Positions 56,829 through 64,000 of a stretch of 64,000 nt of DNA are shown here, piece by piece. Source of the DNA: an uncultured Actinomycetes bacterium (GTDB lineage Bacteria; Actinomycetota; Actinomycetes; Streptosporangiales; Streptosporangiaceae); contig CAVTIX010000027.1 of the NCBI GenBank assembly GCA_963734725.1, forward strand, positions 14,967-78,966. The letters run 5' to 3'. The position numbers and the translations under genes are program-made. Every line of letters begins with the position of its first letter. Position 1 is the first letter of the stretch. The notes under the pieces are model-generated. The model was given only the letters and a program-made list of their open reading frames with translations. It did no database searches and was not told the origin of the DNA.

Positions 56829-57490
56829 CACCCGACGAGCTACTCAAGCAGTTGTACGACGACACCCTGGTGGGTAACGGCCCCTCGGTGCTTGAGCTGA
56901 CGCAGACCGGACTGGGGGTGGGCATGGGCCCGGAGACGCTGCTCTACGACGCGCTGATCCCGGCGCTGGAGGAGGTCGGCGCGCGGTTCGAGCGCGGCGA
57001 CTTCTTCGTGCCGGAGATGCTGATCGCGGGCAAGGCGATGGCGGGGGCGCTGGAGATCCTGCGCCCGCTGCTGGCCGAGACCGGCGCCGCCTCGATCGGC
57101 AAGGTGGTCATGGGCACGGTCAAGGGCGACGTGCACGACATCGGGAAAAACCTGGTGAACATCATGTTCGAGGGCGCCGGGTTCGAGGTGATCGACCTGG
57201 GCGTGCAGGTGTCACCGGAGAAGTTCATCGACGCGGTCCGCGAGCACCAGCCCGACATTCTCGGCTTCTCCGCGTTCCTGACCACGACCATGCCGATGTT
57301 CAAAGCGAACATCAACGCGCTGGAGAAGTCCGGGCTGCGCGACCAGGTGATCGTCATGGTCGGCGGGGCGCCGGTCACCCAGGAGTACGCCGACGTGGTA
57401 GGCGCCGACGGGTATGCCGCCGACGCCTCGGCGGCGGTGGTCCGCGCCAAGGAACTGCTGCAGCGGCGCCGCGCCGCGCTGCCCGCGTAA
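56825..57490 (+). CDS. Corrinoid (cobalamin-binding) protein, MtgC/MttC-like
   Basis: The GTG at 56825 overlaps the iclR stop (GTGA). There is an N-terminal B12-binding cap helix bundle, then the DxHxxG motif in VKGDVHDIGKNLV and a Rossmann-like B12 domain (…VMVGGAPVT…). A longer form starting at the GTG at 56471 cannot be excluded. Confidence 0.85.
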   Translation: MTPDELLKQLYDDTLVGNGPSVLELTQTGLGVGMGPETLLYDALIPALEEVGARFERGDFFVPEMLIAGKAMAGALEILRPLLAETGAASIGKVVMGTVKGDVHDIGKNLVNIMFEGAGFEVIDLGVQVSPEKFIDAVREHQPDILGFSAFLTTTMPMFKANINALEKSGLRDQVIVMVGGAPVTQEYADVVGADGYAADASAAVVRAKELLQRRRAALPA

Positions 57491-57501
57491 CGGCGGCCGG
57501 C

Positions 57502-58500
57502 GTGGACACCGTCCTTTCCTCGGCCAACCAGCAGATCGTGATCGGCCCCGGCCAGCCGTTCTGCATCATCGGCGAGCGGATCAACCCGACCGGGCGCAAG
57601 GCGTTCCAGGAGGAACTGCGGGCCGGCGACCTGTCCCGGGTGGAGACCGACGTCGCCCAGCAGGTCGCCGGGGGCGCCATGGTGCTCGATGTGAACATGG
57701 GCGCGCCGCTGGCCGACGAGGCAGAACTCATGGGCCGGGCGGTCCAGCTGATCCAGGGCCTGACCGACCTGCCGCTGGTCATCGACTCCTCGATCATTGA
57801 GGTCCTGGACGCTGGGCTGGCCGCCTACCAGGGCAAGGCGCTGGTCAACTCGGTCACCGCCGAGGACGACCGGCTGGCCGCGATCCTGCCGCTGGTGCGC
57901 AAGCACGGCGCCGCGGTCATCGGCCTGCCCAACGACGAGGAGGAGATCCCCGAGGAGCCGGCCCGCCGGGTCGAGCTGGCCCGCAAGATCATCGACGTGG
58001 CCACCGGGAAGTACGGCGTCGCCATCGAGGACATCGTCATCGACCCGCTCGCGATGCCGGTCGGCGCGGACACCGGCCACGGCATCCGGACGCTGGAAAC
58101 GATTGCGCTGCTCCGTGAGGAGTTCGGCGTGAACATGACGCTGGGCGCCTCGAACGTGTCGTTCGGCATGCCGGACCGGCACGCGATCGGCGCCGCGTTC
58201 CTGCCGGTGGCCATCTCGCACGGTCTGACCAGCGCGATCATGGACGCTCGCTCGCCGCAGATCGTCCGCGCGGTGAAGGCCGCCGACCTGCTGCTCGACC
58301 GAGACCCCTGGGGCGCGTCATGGATCGCCGCCCACCGCGCCCAGCAGGCCGCTGCCGCTTCGGCCACTGCCGGTTCGGCCACTGCCGGTTCGGCCACTGC
58401 AGCCGCGGAGGCGCATGCCGCCGGGGCCCCGGGGGCCGCCGCGCAGTCCCCGGGGGCCGCCGCGCAGGCCTCCGGGGCCGCCGCGCAGGCTGCGCCGTGA
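57502..58500 (+). CDS. Methyltetrahydrofolate:corrinoid methyltransferase (pterin-binding domain), with an Ala-rich C-terminal tail
   Basis: FCIIGERINPTGRKAF…LDVNMG…LVNSVT…IDPLAMPVGA…LGASNVSFGMP are hallmarks of the pterin-binding TIM barrel of MeTr/MtgA/MetH type. The tail is SATAGSATAGSATAAAE…GAAAQSPGAAAQASGAAAQ. Confidence 0.85.
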   Translation: MDTVLSSANQQIVIGPGQPFCIIGERINPTGRKAFQEELRAGDLSRVETDVAQQVAGGAMVLDVNMGAPLADEAELMGRAVQLIQGLTDLPLVIDSSIIEVLDAGLAAYQGKALVNSVTAEDDRLAAILPLVRKHGAAVIGLPNDEEEIPEEPARRVELARKIIDVATGKYGVAIEDIVIDPLAMPVGADTGHGIRTLETIALLREEFGVNMTLGASNVSFGMPDRHAIGAAFLPVAISHGLTSAIMDARSPQIVRAVKAADLLLDRDPWGASWIAAHRAQQAAAASATAGSATAGSATAAAEAHAAGAPGAAAQSPGAAAQASGAAAQAAP

Positions 58501-60392
58501 CCAGCGTCGACGGCACTGTGGCCACCGACTCCGGCGGAGCGGGGCACCCGGCCGGACCAGTGCGGGTCGACCTGGTCTTCGAGCCGGGCGGGCGGCGGGT
58601 GCGGGTGCCACACGGAGTGACCTTGTTCGACGCGGCAAGCTGGAACGGCATCGCGATCGACTCCACCTGCGGCGGGCATGGCACCTGCAAGAAGTGCAAG
58701 GTCCGGGTGCTGGACGACGGCGCGGACCCGCCGTCCGCGCTGGACGCCCGCGCGTTCACACCCGAAGAGCTGAGCCAAGGATGGCGGCTGGCCTGCCGAG
58801 CGCAGGCCCTTAGCGATGTCCGCGTTGACGTACCAGCGCTTGTCACCCGGCCGAAGGCCGCCACGGTCGGCGTCGGGCGCCAGGTGATCCTGCGGCCCGC
58901 GGTGCAAAAACGCTACTTGGAGCTGGCCGAGCCGTCGCTGAGCGACCAGGTGACCGACGTCGAGCGGGTGATCGCGGCCCTGGACGACCTGGAACTGCGG
59001 GTTGACCTGGACGTGTTGCGCACGCTCGGCCGGGTGCTGCGCGGTGCCGACTACAAGGTCACCGCGGTGGTCGTGGACGACATGCTGATCGGCGTGGAGC
59101 CGGGCGACACAACCGGCCGCCGCTTCGGCATCGCCTTCGACCTAGGCACGACCACGGTCGTGGCGACGCTGCTCGACCTGGCCACCGGGACCCCGGCCGC
59201 GGTGGCGTCCCGGCTCAACGCGCAGCAGCCGTTCGGCGCGGACGTGATCAGCCGGATCAGCGCGACCATGCTGGACCCGGCGGCGCTGGACCGGCTGCAG
59301 ACGCTGGCGCAGGAAACCCTGGCGGAGCTGGCTGCCGAGGTGTGCGCGCAGGGCGGCGCAGACCCGGCCGAGGTATACGAGGTGGCGCTGGCCGGCAACG
59401 CCACCATGACCCACCTGGTCCTCGGCATCGACCCGGAGCCACTCGGGATGGCGCCGTTCATCATGGCCACCCGGCTGTTCCCCGAGGTGCTCGCCGCCGA
59501 CCTGGGCATCGGCGTGCACCCGCGGGCCCGGGCTGTGGTGTTCCCAGCGTTCGGCGCCTACGTCGGCGGGGACATCACCGCCGGGCTGCTCGCCTCCGGG
59601 ATGGACCGGGACGCGCGGCTCCGGCTGTTCGTGGACATCGGCACCAACTGCGAGATCGTGCTGGGGAACCGGGACTGGCTGCTGGCCACGGCGGCACCGG
59701 CCGGGCCCGCGTTCGAGGGCGCGGCGATCCGGTGTGGGATGCGCGCCGCCGACGGGGCGATCGAGGTGGTCACGATGACCCCGGACGCCCTGGAACTCAC
59801 GGTGATCGGCGACGCCGCGCCGACCGGGCTGTGCGGCTCCGGGCTGGTGGACGCGGTGACCGGGCTGGTCCGGCTGGGGCTGCTCGACCCCTCCGGCCGG
59901 TTCGTGCCCGAGGAGCAGGCCGGCGCGCTGGCCCCCGGGCTGGCCGGGCGGCTGACCCGGCTCGGCGAGGAGCGGGTGTTCGTGCTGCACTGGCTCGGCT
60001 CGCCAGGCGACGTGGCGCATTCGATCTACCTGTCCCAGCGGGACGTGCGGGAACTCCAGTTCGCCAAGGCGGCGATCGCCACCGGGTGGCGGATCCTGCT
60101 GGAGGAGGCGGGCCTGGCGCCTGGCGACATCCAGCAGGTCCTGCTGGCGGGCTCGTTCGGCAGCTACCTGTCCCCGGCCAACGCGATCAGGCTCGGCCTG
60201 GTCCCGGAGATCGGCGTGCTGCGCGTGGTCAGCGCCGGGAACGTCGCGGGCGAGGGGGCCAAGATGGCGCTGCTGTCGCTGCGCGAGCGGGCCGCCGGGC
60301 TGGCGCTGCTGGAGGAGGTGAGGTATGTCGAGCTGTCCGACCGCGCCGACTTCAACGACCGCTTCGTCGCGCAACTCCCCTTCCCGGGCTGA
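58497..60392 (+). CDS. RACo-type corrinoid reductive activase (N-terminal [2Fe-2S] ferredoxin + ASKHA ATPase, DUF4445)
   Basis: The GTG at 58497 overlaps the upstream stop (GTGA). A plant-type ferredoxin Cys cluster is present (DSTCGGHGTCKKCKV…WRLAC), followed by actin-like ATPase motifs (GIAFDLGTTTVVATL, VDIGTNCEIVLG, ATAAPAGPAFEGA). Confidence 0.85.
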   Translation: MTSVDGTVATDSGGAGHPAGPVRVDLVFEPGGRRVRVPHGVTLFDAASWNGIAIDSTCGGHGTCKKCKVRVLDDGADPPSALDARAFTPEELSQGWRLACRAQALSDVRVDVPALVTRPKAATVGVGRQVILRPAVQKRYLELAEPSLSDQVTDVERVIAALDDLELRVDLDVLRTLGRVLRGADYKVTAVVVDDMLIGVEPGDTTGRRFGIAFDLGTTTVVATLLDLATGTPAAVASRLNAQQPFGADVISRISATMLDPAALDRLQTLAQETLAELAAEVCAQGGADPAEVYEVALAGNATMTHLVLGIDPEPLGMAPFIMATRLFPEVLAADLGIGVHPRARAVVFPAFGAYVGGDITAGLLASGMDRDARLRLFVDIGTNCEIVLGNRDWLLATAAPAGPAFEGAAIRCGMRAADGAIEVVTMTPDALELTVIGDAAPTGLCGSGLVDAVTGLVRLGLLDPSGRFVPEEQAGALAPGLAGRLTRLGEERVFVLHWLGSPGDVAHSIYLSQRDVRELQFAKAAIATGWRILLEEAGLAPGDIQQVLLAGSFGSYLSPANAIRLGLVPEIGVLRVVSAGNVAGEGAKMALLSLRERAAGLALLEEVRYVELSDRADFNDRFVAQLPFPG

Positions 60393-60993
60393 GGCCCCGG
60401 TCCTGGTGATCGCGTGTGGCGCCCTGGGCGCGCACCTGCGCGAGATCATCGCGCGCCGCGGCTGGCCGGCCGAGTTGCGCTGTCTTCCCGCCCTGCTGCA
60501 CAACCACCCAGAGAAAATCACCATTCATGCCGAACGACTAGCCCGGGCTGGCCTGGCCCGCGGGCAACGGGTCGCCGTGGCTTACGCCGACTGCGGGACG
60601 TACGGCGCGCTGGACAAGGTGTGTGCGCGGCTGGGGTTGCGGCGGCTGCCGGGGCTGCACTGTTACGACGTGCTGGCCGGGCCGGAGCGGATCCGGGCCG
60701 AGTTCGAGGCCGAGCCCGGCACCTACGTGCTCACCGACTTCCTGGTCCGGAGCTTCGCCAAGACCGTGCTCGCGGAGCTCGGCCTCGACCGGCACCCGGA
60801 ACTGTGGCCGGACTACTTCGGGCACTACCGCCGGGTGGTCTGGCTGGCCCAGGACCGGGACCCGGACCTGGAGGCGGAGGCGGGGCGGGTGGCGGCCCGG
60901 TTCGGGCTGCCGCTCACCATCGTGGACACCGGGACCAGCCGCCTGGAGCGGGAACTGGAGGTCCTGATCGCCGGGCAGGGTTTGTGGTCGTGA
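60325..60993 (+). CDS. DUF1638-domain protein
   Basis: VLVIACGALGAHLREII…AYADCGTYGALD…YVLTDFLVRSF… is typical of DUF1638, a family usually found beside corrinoid methyltransferase genes. The start is uncertain: ATG at 60325 (overlapping the upstream gene) or GTG at 60406. Confidence 0.7.
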   Translation: MSSCPTAPTSTTASSRNSPSRAEAPVLVIACGALGAHLREIIARRGWPAELRCLPALLHNHPEKITIHAERLARAGLARGQRVAVAYADCGTYGALDKVCARLGLRRLPGLHCYDVLAGPERIRAEFEAEPGTYVLTDFLVRSFAKTVLAELGLDRHPELWPDYFGHYRRVVWLAQDRDPDLEAEAGRVAARFGLPLTIVDTGTSRLERELEVLIAGQGLWS

Positions 60994-61012
60994 CAAACAG
61001 GCGGACCGAATG

Positions 61013-61172
61013 CCGGGGGCAGGCCGTGATCCGGGGCGAGCCGGGGACCGGGGGCAGGCCGTGATCCGGGGCGAGCCGGGGACCGGGGGCAGGCCGTGAT
61101 CCGGGGCGAGCCGGGGACCGGGGGCAGGCCGTGATCCGGGGCGAGCCGGGGACCGGGGGCAGGCCGTGATCT
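61013..61172 (+). repeat. 35-bp tandem repeat, 4 identical copies plus a diverged fifth containing the MTHFR start codon
   Basis: The unit is GTGATCCGGGGCGAGCCGGGGACCGGGGGCAGGCC. GTGs lie at 61026, 61061, 61096 and 61131, and at 61166 in the diverged copy GTGATCTGGGGCGGGCC. The period is not a multiple of 3. Confidence 0.95.
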
Positions 61173-62038
61173 GGGGCGGGCCGTTCCGGGGCGGCCTGGC
61201 CAGCGTCGCCCCGTTGCTGGAGCATCCCCGGTACGAGGTGTTCCCGGCCGATAGCGTGGCGGATGCGGTCGCGCGGTGGGTCCCACCGGGCATGACGGTG
61301 ACCGTGACCGCCTCGCCCACCAAGGGCCTGGACGCCACCCTTGACCTGACCGAGGTGCTCGCGGGCCGTGGCTACCAGGTCGTGCCGCACCTGTCCGCCC
61401 GGCTGGTCCGGGACAACGCGCACCTGGCCGACATCGCCGCCCGGTTGATCGCATGCGGGGTGGACGACGTCTTCGTCCCCGCGGGTGACGCCGACCCCCC
61501 GGCAGGCCGTTTTGACAGCGCTTTGTCTTTGCTTGAGCGACTGGCGGAAATGGGCAACCCTTTCCCGCGCACCGGCATCACCGGGTATCCGGAGACGCAC
61601 CCCAGGATCGGCGACGACATCACGATCCAGGCCATGTGGGACAAGTGTCGGCTCGCCTCCTACATCGTGAGCAACCTGTGCTTCGACCCGGCCACGGTGC
61701 GCCGGTGGATCCGCCGGGTCCGCGCGCGTGGCGTCACGCTGCCGCTGTACGTGGGGCTAGCCGGGCCGGTGGAGCGCACCCGGCTGCTGCGGATGGCGGC
61801 CAAGGCGGGCGCCAGCGAGTCGGCCAGGTTCCTCGCCGGGCATGTCGAGTGGTTCCTGCGGTTCGGCACCCCCGGCGGCTACCGGCCGGAACGACTGCTC
61901 GCCAGGCTGGCGCCCGCGGTGACCGCGTCGGCCTCCGGCGTGGCCGGGCTGCACCTCTTCACGTTCAACCAGGTCCAGCAGACCGAGGAGTGGCGGAGGG
62001 AACTGCTGGCCCGCGCGGGCGCCGCCCAGCCCGTCTAG
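61166..62038 (+). CDS. Methylenetetrahydrofolate reductase (MetF-like) family protein
   Basis: …RYEVFPADSV…VTVTASPTKGLDATL…VVPHLSARLV…FVPAGDADPP…TGITGYPETHP…IVSNLCFD…PLYVGLAGPVERTRLLRMA… are MTHFR TIM-barrel hallmarks. The GTG at 61166 is the first in-frame start. Confidence 0.8.
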   Translation: MIWGGPFRGGLASVAPLLEHPRYEVFPADSVADAVARWVPPGMTVTVTASPTKGLDATLDLTEVLAGRGYQVVPHLSARLVRDNAHLADIAARLIACGVDDVFVPAGDADPPAGRFDSALSLLERLAEMGNPFPRTGITGYPETHPRIGDDITIQAMWDKCRLASYIVSNLCFDPATVRRWIRRVRARGVTLPLYVGLAGPVERTRLLRMAAKAGASESARFLAGHVEWFLRFGTPGGYRPERLLARLAPAVTASASGVAGLHLFTFNQVQQTEEWRRELLARAGAAQPV

Positions 62039-62265
62039 ACCACGTCTAGACCCGGTGCGGCCGCCGCAAACCCGCTACGCAAGCGCTATGCGGAATCACG
62101 TGTAGTAATTGCACGGAATACAATCGCTTGCACTACGCCAGCCCGAGAGTCTCGTTTCCGGTTTTGTTCCGTGATCTGAAATGGGCGTGTATAACCGGCG
62201 TGAGGTTTGGTTGACATGACCCGGGATTGCCCCGGATACGCGCGCGGGTTGGTGGCCAGACAAGC

Positions 62266-64000
62266 ATGAGCGGGAGCCAGCTGGACGGTGGCCTGGCACG
62301 GCCGGGCACGGTGAACTGGCCGCTGCTGTCGGGCGTGATCCCGCAACTGGCGGACTCTCACATTCCCCGGCACGAGAGCGGACTCGGCCTGGCCGCCAGC
62401 CTGGCCCCCGGCGACACGGCCGTGCTCATCCCGTCCGACGAAGCGGGCCGGTCCCTCGGCGGGCTTGGCGGCACCGGCAAGACGCAGCTCGCCCTGGCCG
62501 TGGCGCATGCGCTGTGGAATCAGCGGGCGCTGGACCTGGTCGTCTGGCTGTGCCCGTCCACCAGGGACGCTGTGGTAACCGCCTACGCGCAGGCGATGCG
62601 GGATATCGGGGAGGCGGCCCACGGGGAGCCCGCGGAAAGGGCCGCCGCGCGGTTCCTCGACTGGCTGGGCGAGACCCGCCGGCCGTGGCTGGTCATCCTC
62701 GACGATCTCGCCGACGCGGCTGTGCTGGAGGGGCTGTGGCCACATGGACCGCAGGGGCGCGTGGTCGTCACCAGCCGCCGGCCCGCCACCGCGGTGCGTG
62801 CCTACCGCCCGCGCGCGGTCGAGGTGGGGCCGTTCAGCCCGCGCGAGGCGCTGGGGTACCTGTCAGCCAAGCTGCACAACGACCCCGACCAGTGGATCGG
62901 CGCCCTCGACCTGGCGGGCGACCTCGGCTACCTGCCGATCGCGCTGGCGCAGGCGGCGGCGCTGATGGCCGACACCGGCCTGGACTGCCGCCAGTACCGG
63001 GCCAGGGTCACCGACCGGATGCAGCGCCTGACCGGCGCCCCACCGGGGGCTTATCCCTCGATCGTCGCGTCCACCTGGTCGATCGGCACCGAAATGGCCG
63101 AGCAGATACCGCCGGCCGGGCTGGCCCGCCCGGCGCTGGCCCTGGTCGCGATGCTGGATCCCAACGGCATTCCCGGCGCCGTGCTGACCAGCCAGGCCGC
63201 CTGCGCTTATCTCACCCGTTACCGGCGGAGCGCCGCCGTGGATGAGGCGGAGGCCCGCGCCGCTCTGTTCAACCTGGCCCGGACAGGCCTGGTCAGCATC
63301 GATACCACCAGCGCGGCCCGGACCGTGCGGGTACACGCGCTGGTGCAGGCCACGGTCCAGCAGAACCTCACCGCCGCCGAATGCGACGAGGCGGCGCGCA
63401 CCGCCGCGGAGGCGCTGCTCCAGATCTGGCCCCGCGACGACGTCCCGCCGCTGTATGAGCAGGCGCTGCGCGACTGCACCGCGCGGCTGCATGAGATCGC
63501 GGGCCGGCTGCTCTGGACCCCCGAGTGCCACCCGCTGCTGGTGCGGGCGGGCCGCAGCCTCGAAGCGAGCGGGCTGACCGGGGCCGCCGTCGCCTACTGG
63601 CAGTCACTGCTAACCGTCAGCGAGGCCGAGCTGGGACCCGGCCATACGCACACCCTGCTGGCCCACGACCGGCTGGGCGCGGCCCAGGAGGCGGCGGGGC
63701 GCCCGGACGCCGCGGTGGACGTGTACCAGGCGGCGCTGGACGAACGGCAGCGACTGCTCGGCGCGGCCCATCCGGACACCGTCGCGGCCCGCGCTAACCT
63801 CGCCCGCGCGTACCGGGAGGCAGGCCGGGCCCAGGAGGCGGTCAGCCTCGCCGAGCGCGTTCTCGCCGAATCTGAGAAGGGCAGGGGGACCCGGCACCCG
63901 GACACCCTGGCCGCCCGCGGCGACCTGGGCGAGGCCTATCTCGAAGCGGGGAAAAGCGACCAGGCCATCACCGCGTTCCAGCAAGCCCTGGCCGGCCGGG
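62266..64000 (+). CDS. STAND NTPase (NB-ARC-like P-loop domain + TPR repeats), partial; runs off the window
   Basis: Translated by hand from the ATG at 62266, with no stop to the window end (so it is absent from the ORF track). Walker A GGLGGTGKTQLA, Walker B RPWLVILDDL and GYLPIALAQAA are present. TPR units follow (HTHTLLAHDRLGAAQEAAGRPDAAVDVYQAALDERQRLLGAAHPDTVAARANLARAYREAGRAQEAV…). Confidence 0.75.
   Translation, partial: MSGSQLDGGLARPGTVNWPLLSGVIPQLADSHIPRHESGLGLAASLAPGDTAVLIPSDEAGRSLGGLGGTGKTQLALAVAHALWNQRALDLVVWLCPSTRDAVVTAYAQAMRDIGEAAHGEPAERAAARFLDWLGETRRPWLVILDDLADAAVLEGLWPHGPQGRVVVTSRRPATAVRAYRPRAVEVGPFSPREALGYLSAKLHNDPDQWIGALDLAGDLGYLPIALAQAAALMADTGLDCRQYRARVTDRMQRLTGAPPGAYPSIVASTWSIGTEMAEQIPPAGLARPALALVAMLDPNGIPGAVLTSQAACAYLTRYRRSAAVDEAEARAALFNLARTGLVSIDTTSAARTVRVHALVQATVQQNLTAAECDEAARTAAEALLQIWPRDDVPPLYEQALRDCTARLHEIAGRLLWTPECHPLLVRAGRSLEASGLTGAAVAYWQSLLTVSEAELGPGHTHTLLAHDRLGAAQEAAGRPDAAVDVYQAALDERQRLLGAAHPDTVAARANLARAYREAGRAQEAVSLAERVLAESEKGRGTRHPDTLAARGDLGEAYLEAGKSDQAITAFQQALAGR

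Noticed and set aside
61013-61172. The 35-bp repeat array considered as a CRISPR array
   Set aside because: The copies are directly contiguous with no spacers. There are only about 4.5 units, no cas genes lie nearby, and the last unit is the 5' end of the MTHFR ORF.

Overview
Very GC-rich actinobacterial chromosomal DNA. A mycothiol-type formaldehyde dehydrogenase, a PAC2 protein, glgC-glgA and typical GGAGG ribosome-binding sites support this. All calls come from reading the ORF track and the sequence by eye; no searches were run. The window splits into two parts. (1) About 0-35 kb looks accessory and decayed. It holds two secreted lysyl-oxidase-like paralogs, a PQQ sugar dehydrogenase, a malic enzyme and an RTX-like secreted protein. 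It also holds a nest of mobile DNA: a 3'-truncated IS1634-family transposase, an apparently complete 2,036-nt group II intron with defined ends, an IS630 transposase remnant, and a stand-alone TnpB next to tRNA-Thr(GGU). At least ten genes here need a frame change to give their expected protein. (2) About 35-64 kb holds intact housekeeping and metabolic genes: MscR-like dehydrogenase, class IV aminotransferase, AKR, MFS, NhaA-DsbA fusion, PAC2, MetE-like, sigma/anti-sigma fusion, glgC-glgA, and beta-carbonic anhydrase with TetR. It ends with the most interesting locus at 52.5-62.0 kb: a complete corrinoid-dependent methyl-transfer module. The module comprises a non-pyrrolysine MttB-family methyltransferase plus amidohydrolase, and divergent from them IclR, corrinoid protein, methyl-THF:corrinoid methyltransferase, RACo-type reductive activase, DUF1638 and MTHFR. 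Its gene junctions carry tandem repeats, including a 35-bp repeat that creates four identical 12-codon uORFs chained by GTGA overlaps in front of the MTHFR gene. Other direct observations: three perfect copies of a 15-17 bp palindrome between the carbonic anhydrase and TetR genes, a 29-nt perfect palindrome beside a GntR gene, and a ~56-aa Cys-containing tandem-repeat ORF. A STAND (P-loop + TPR) NTPase runs off the right edge.
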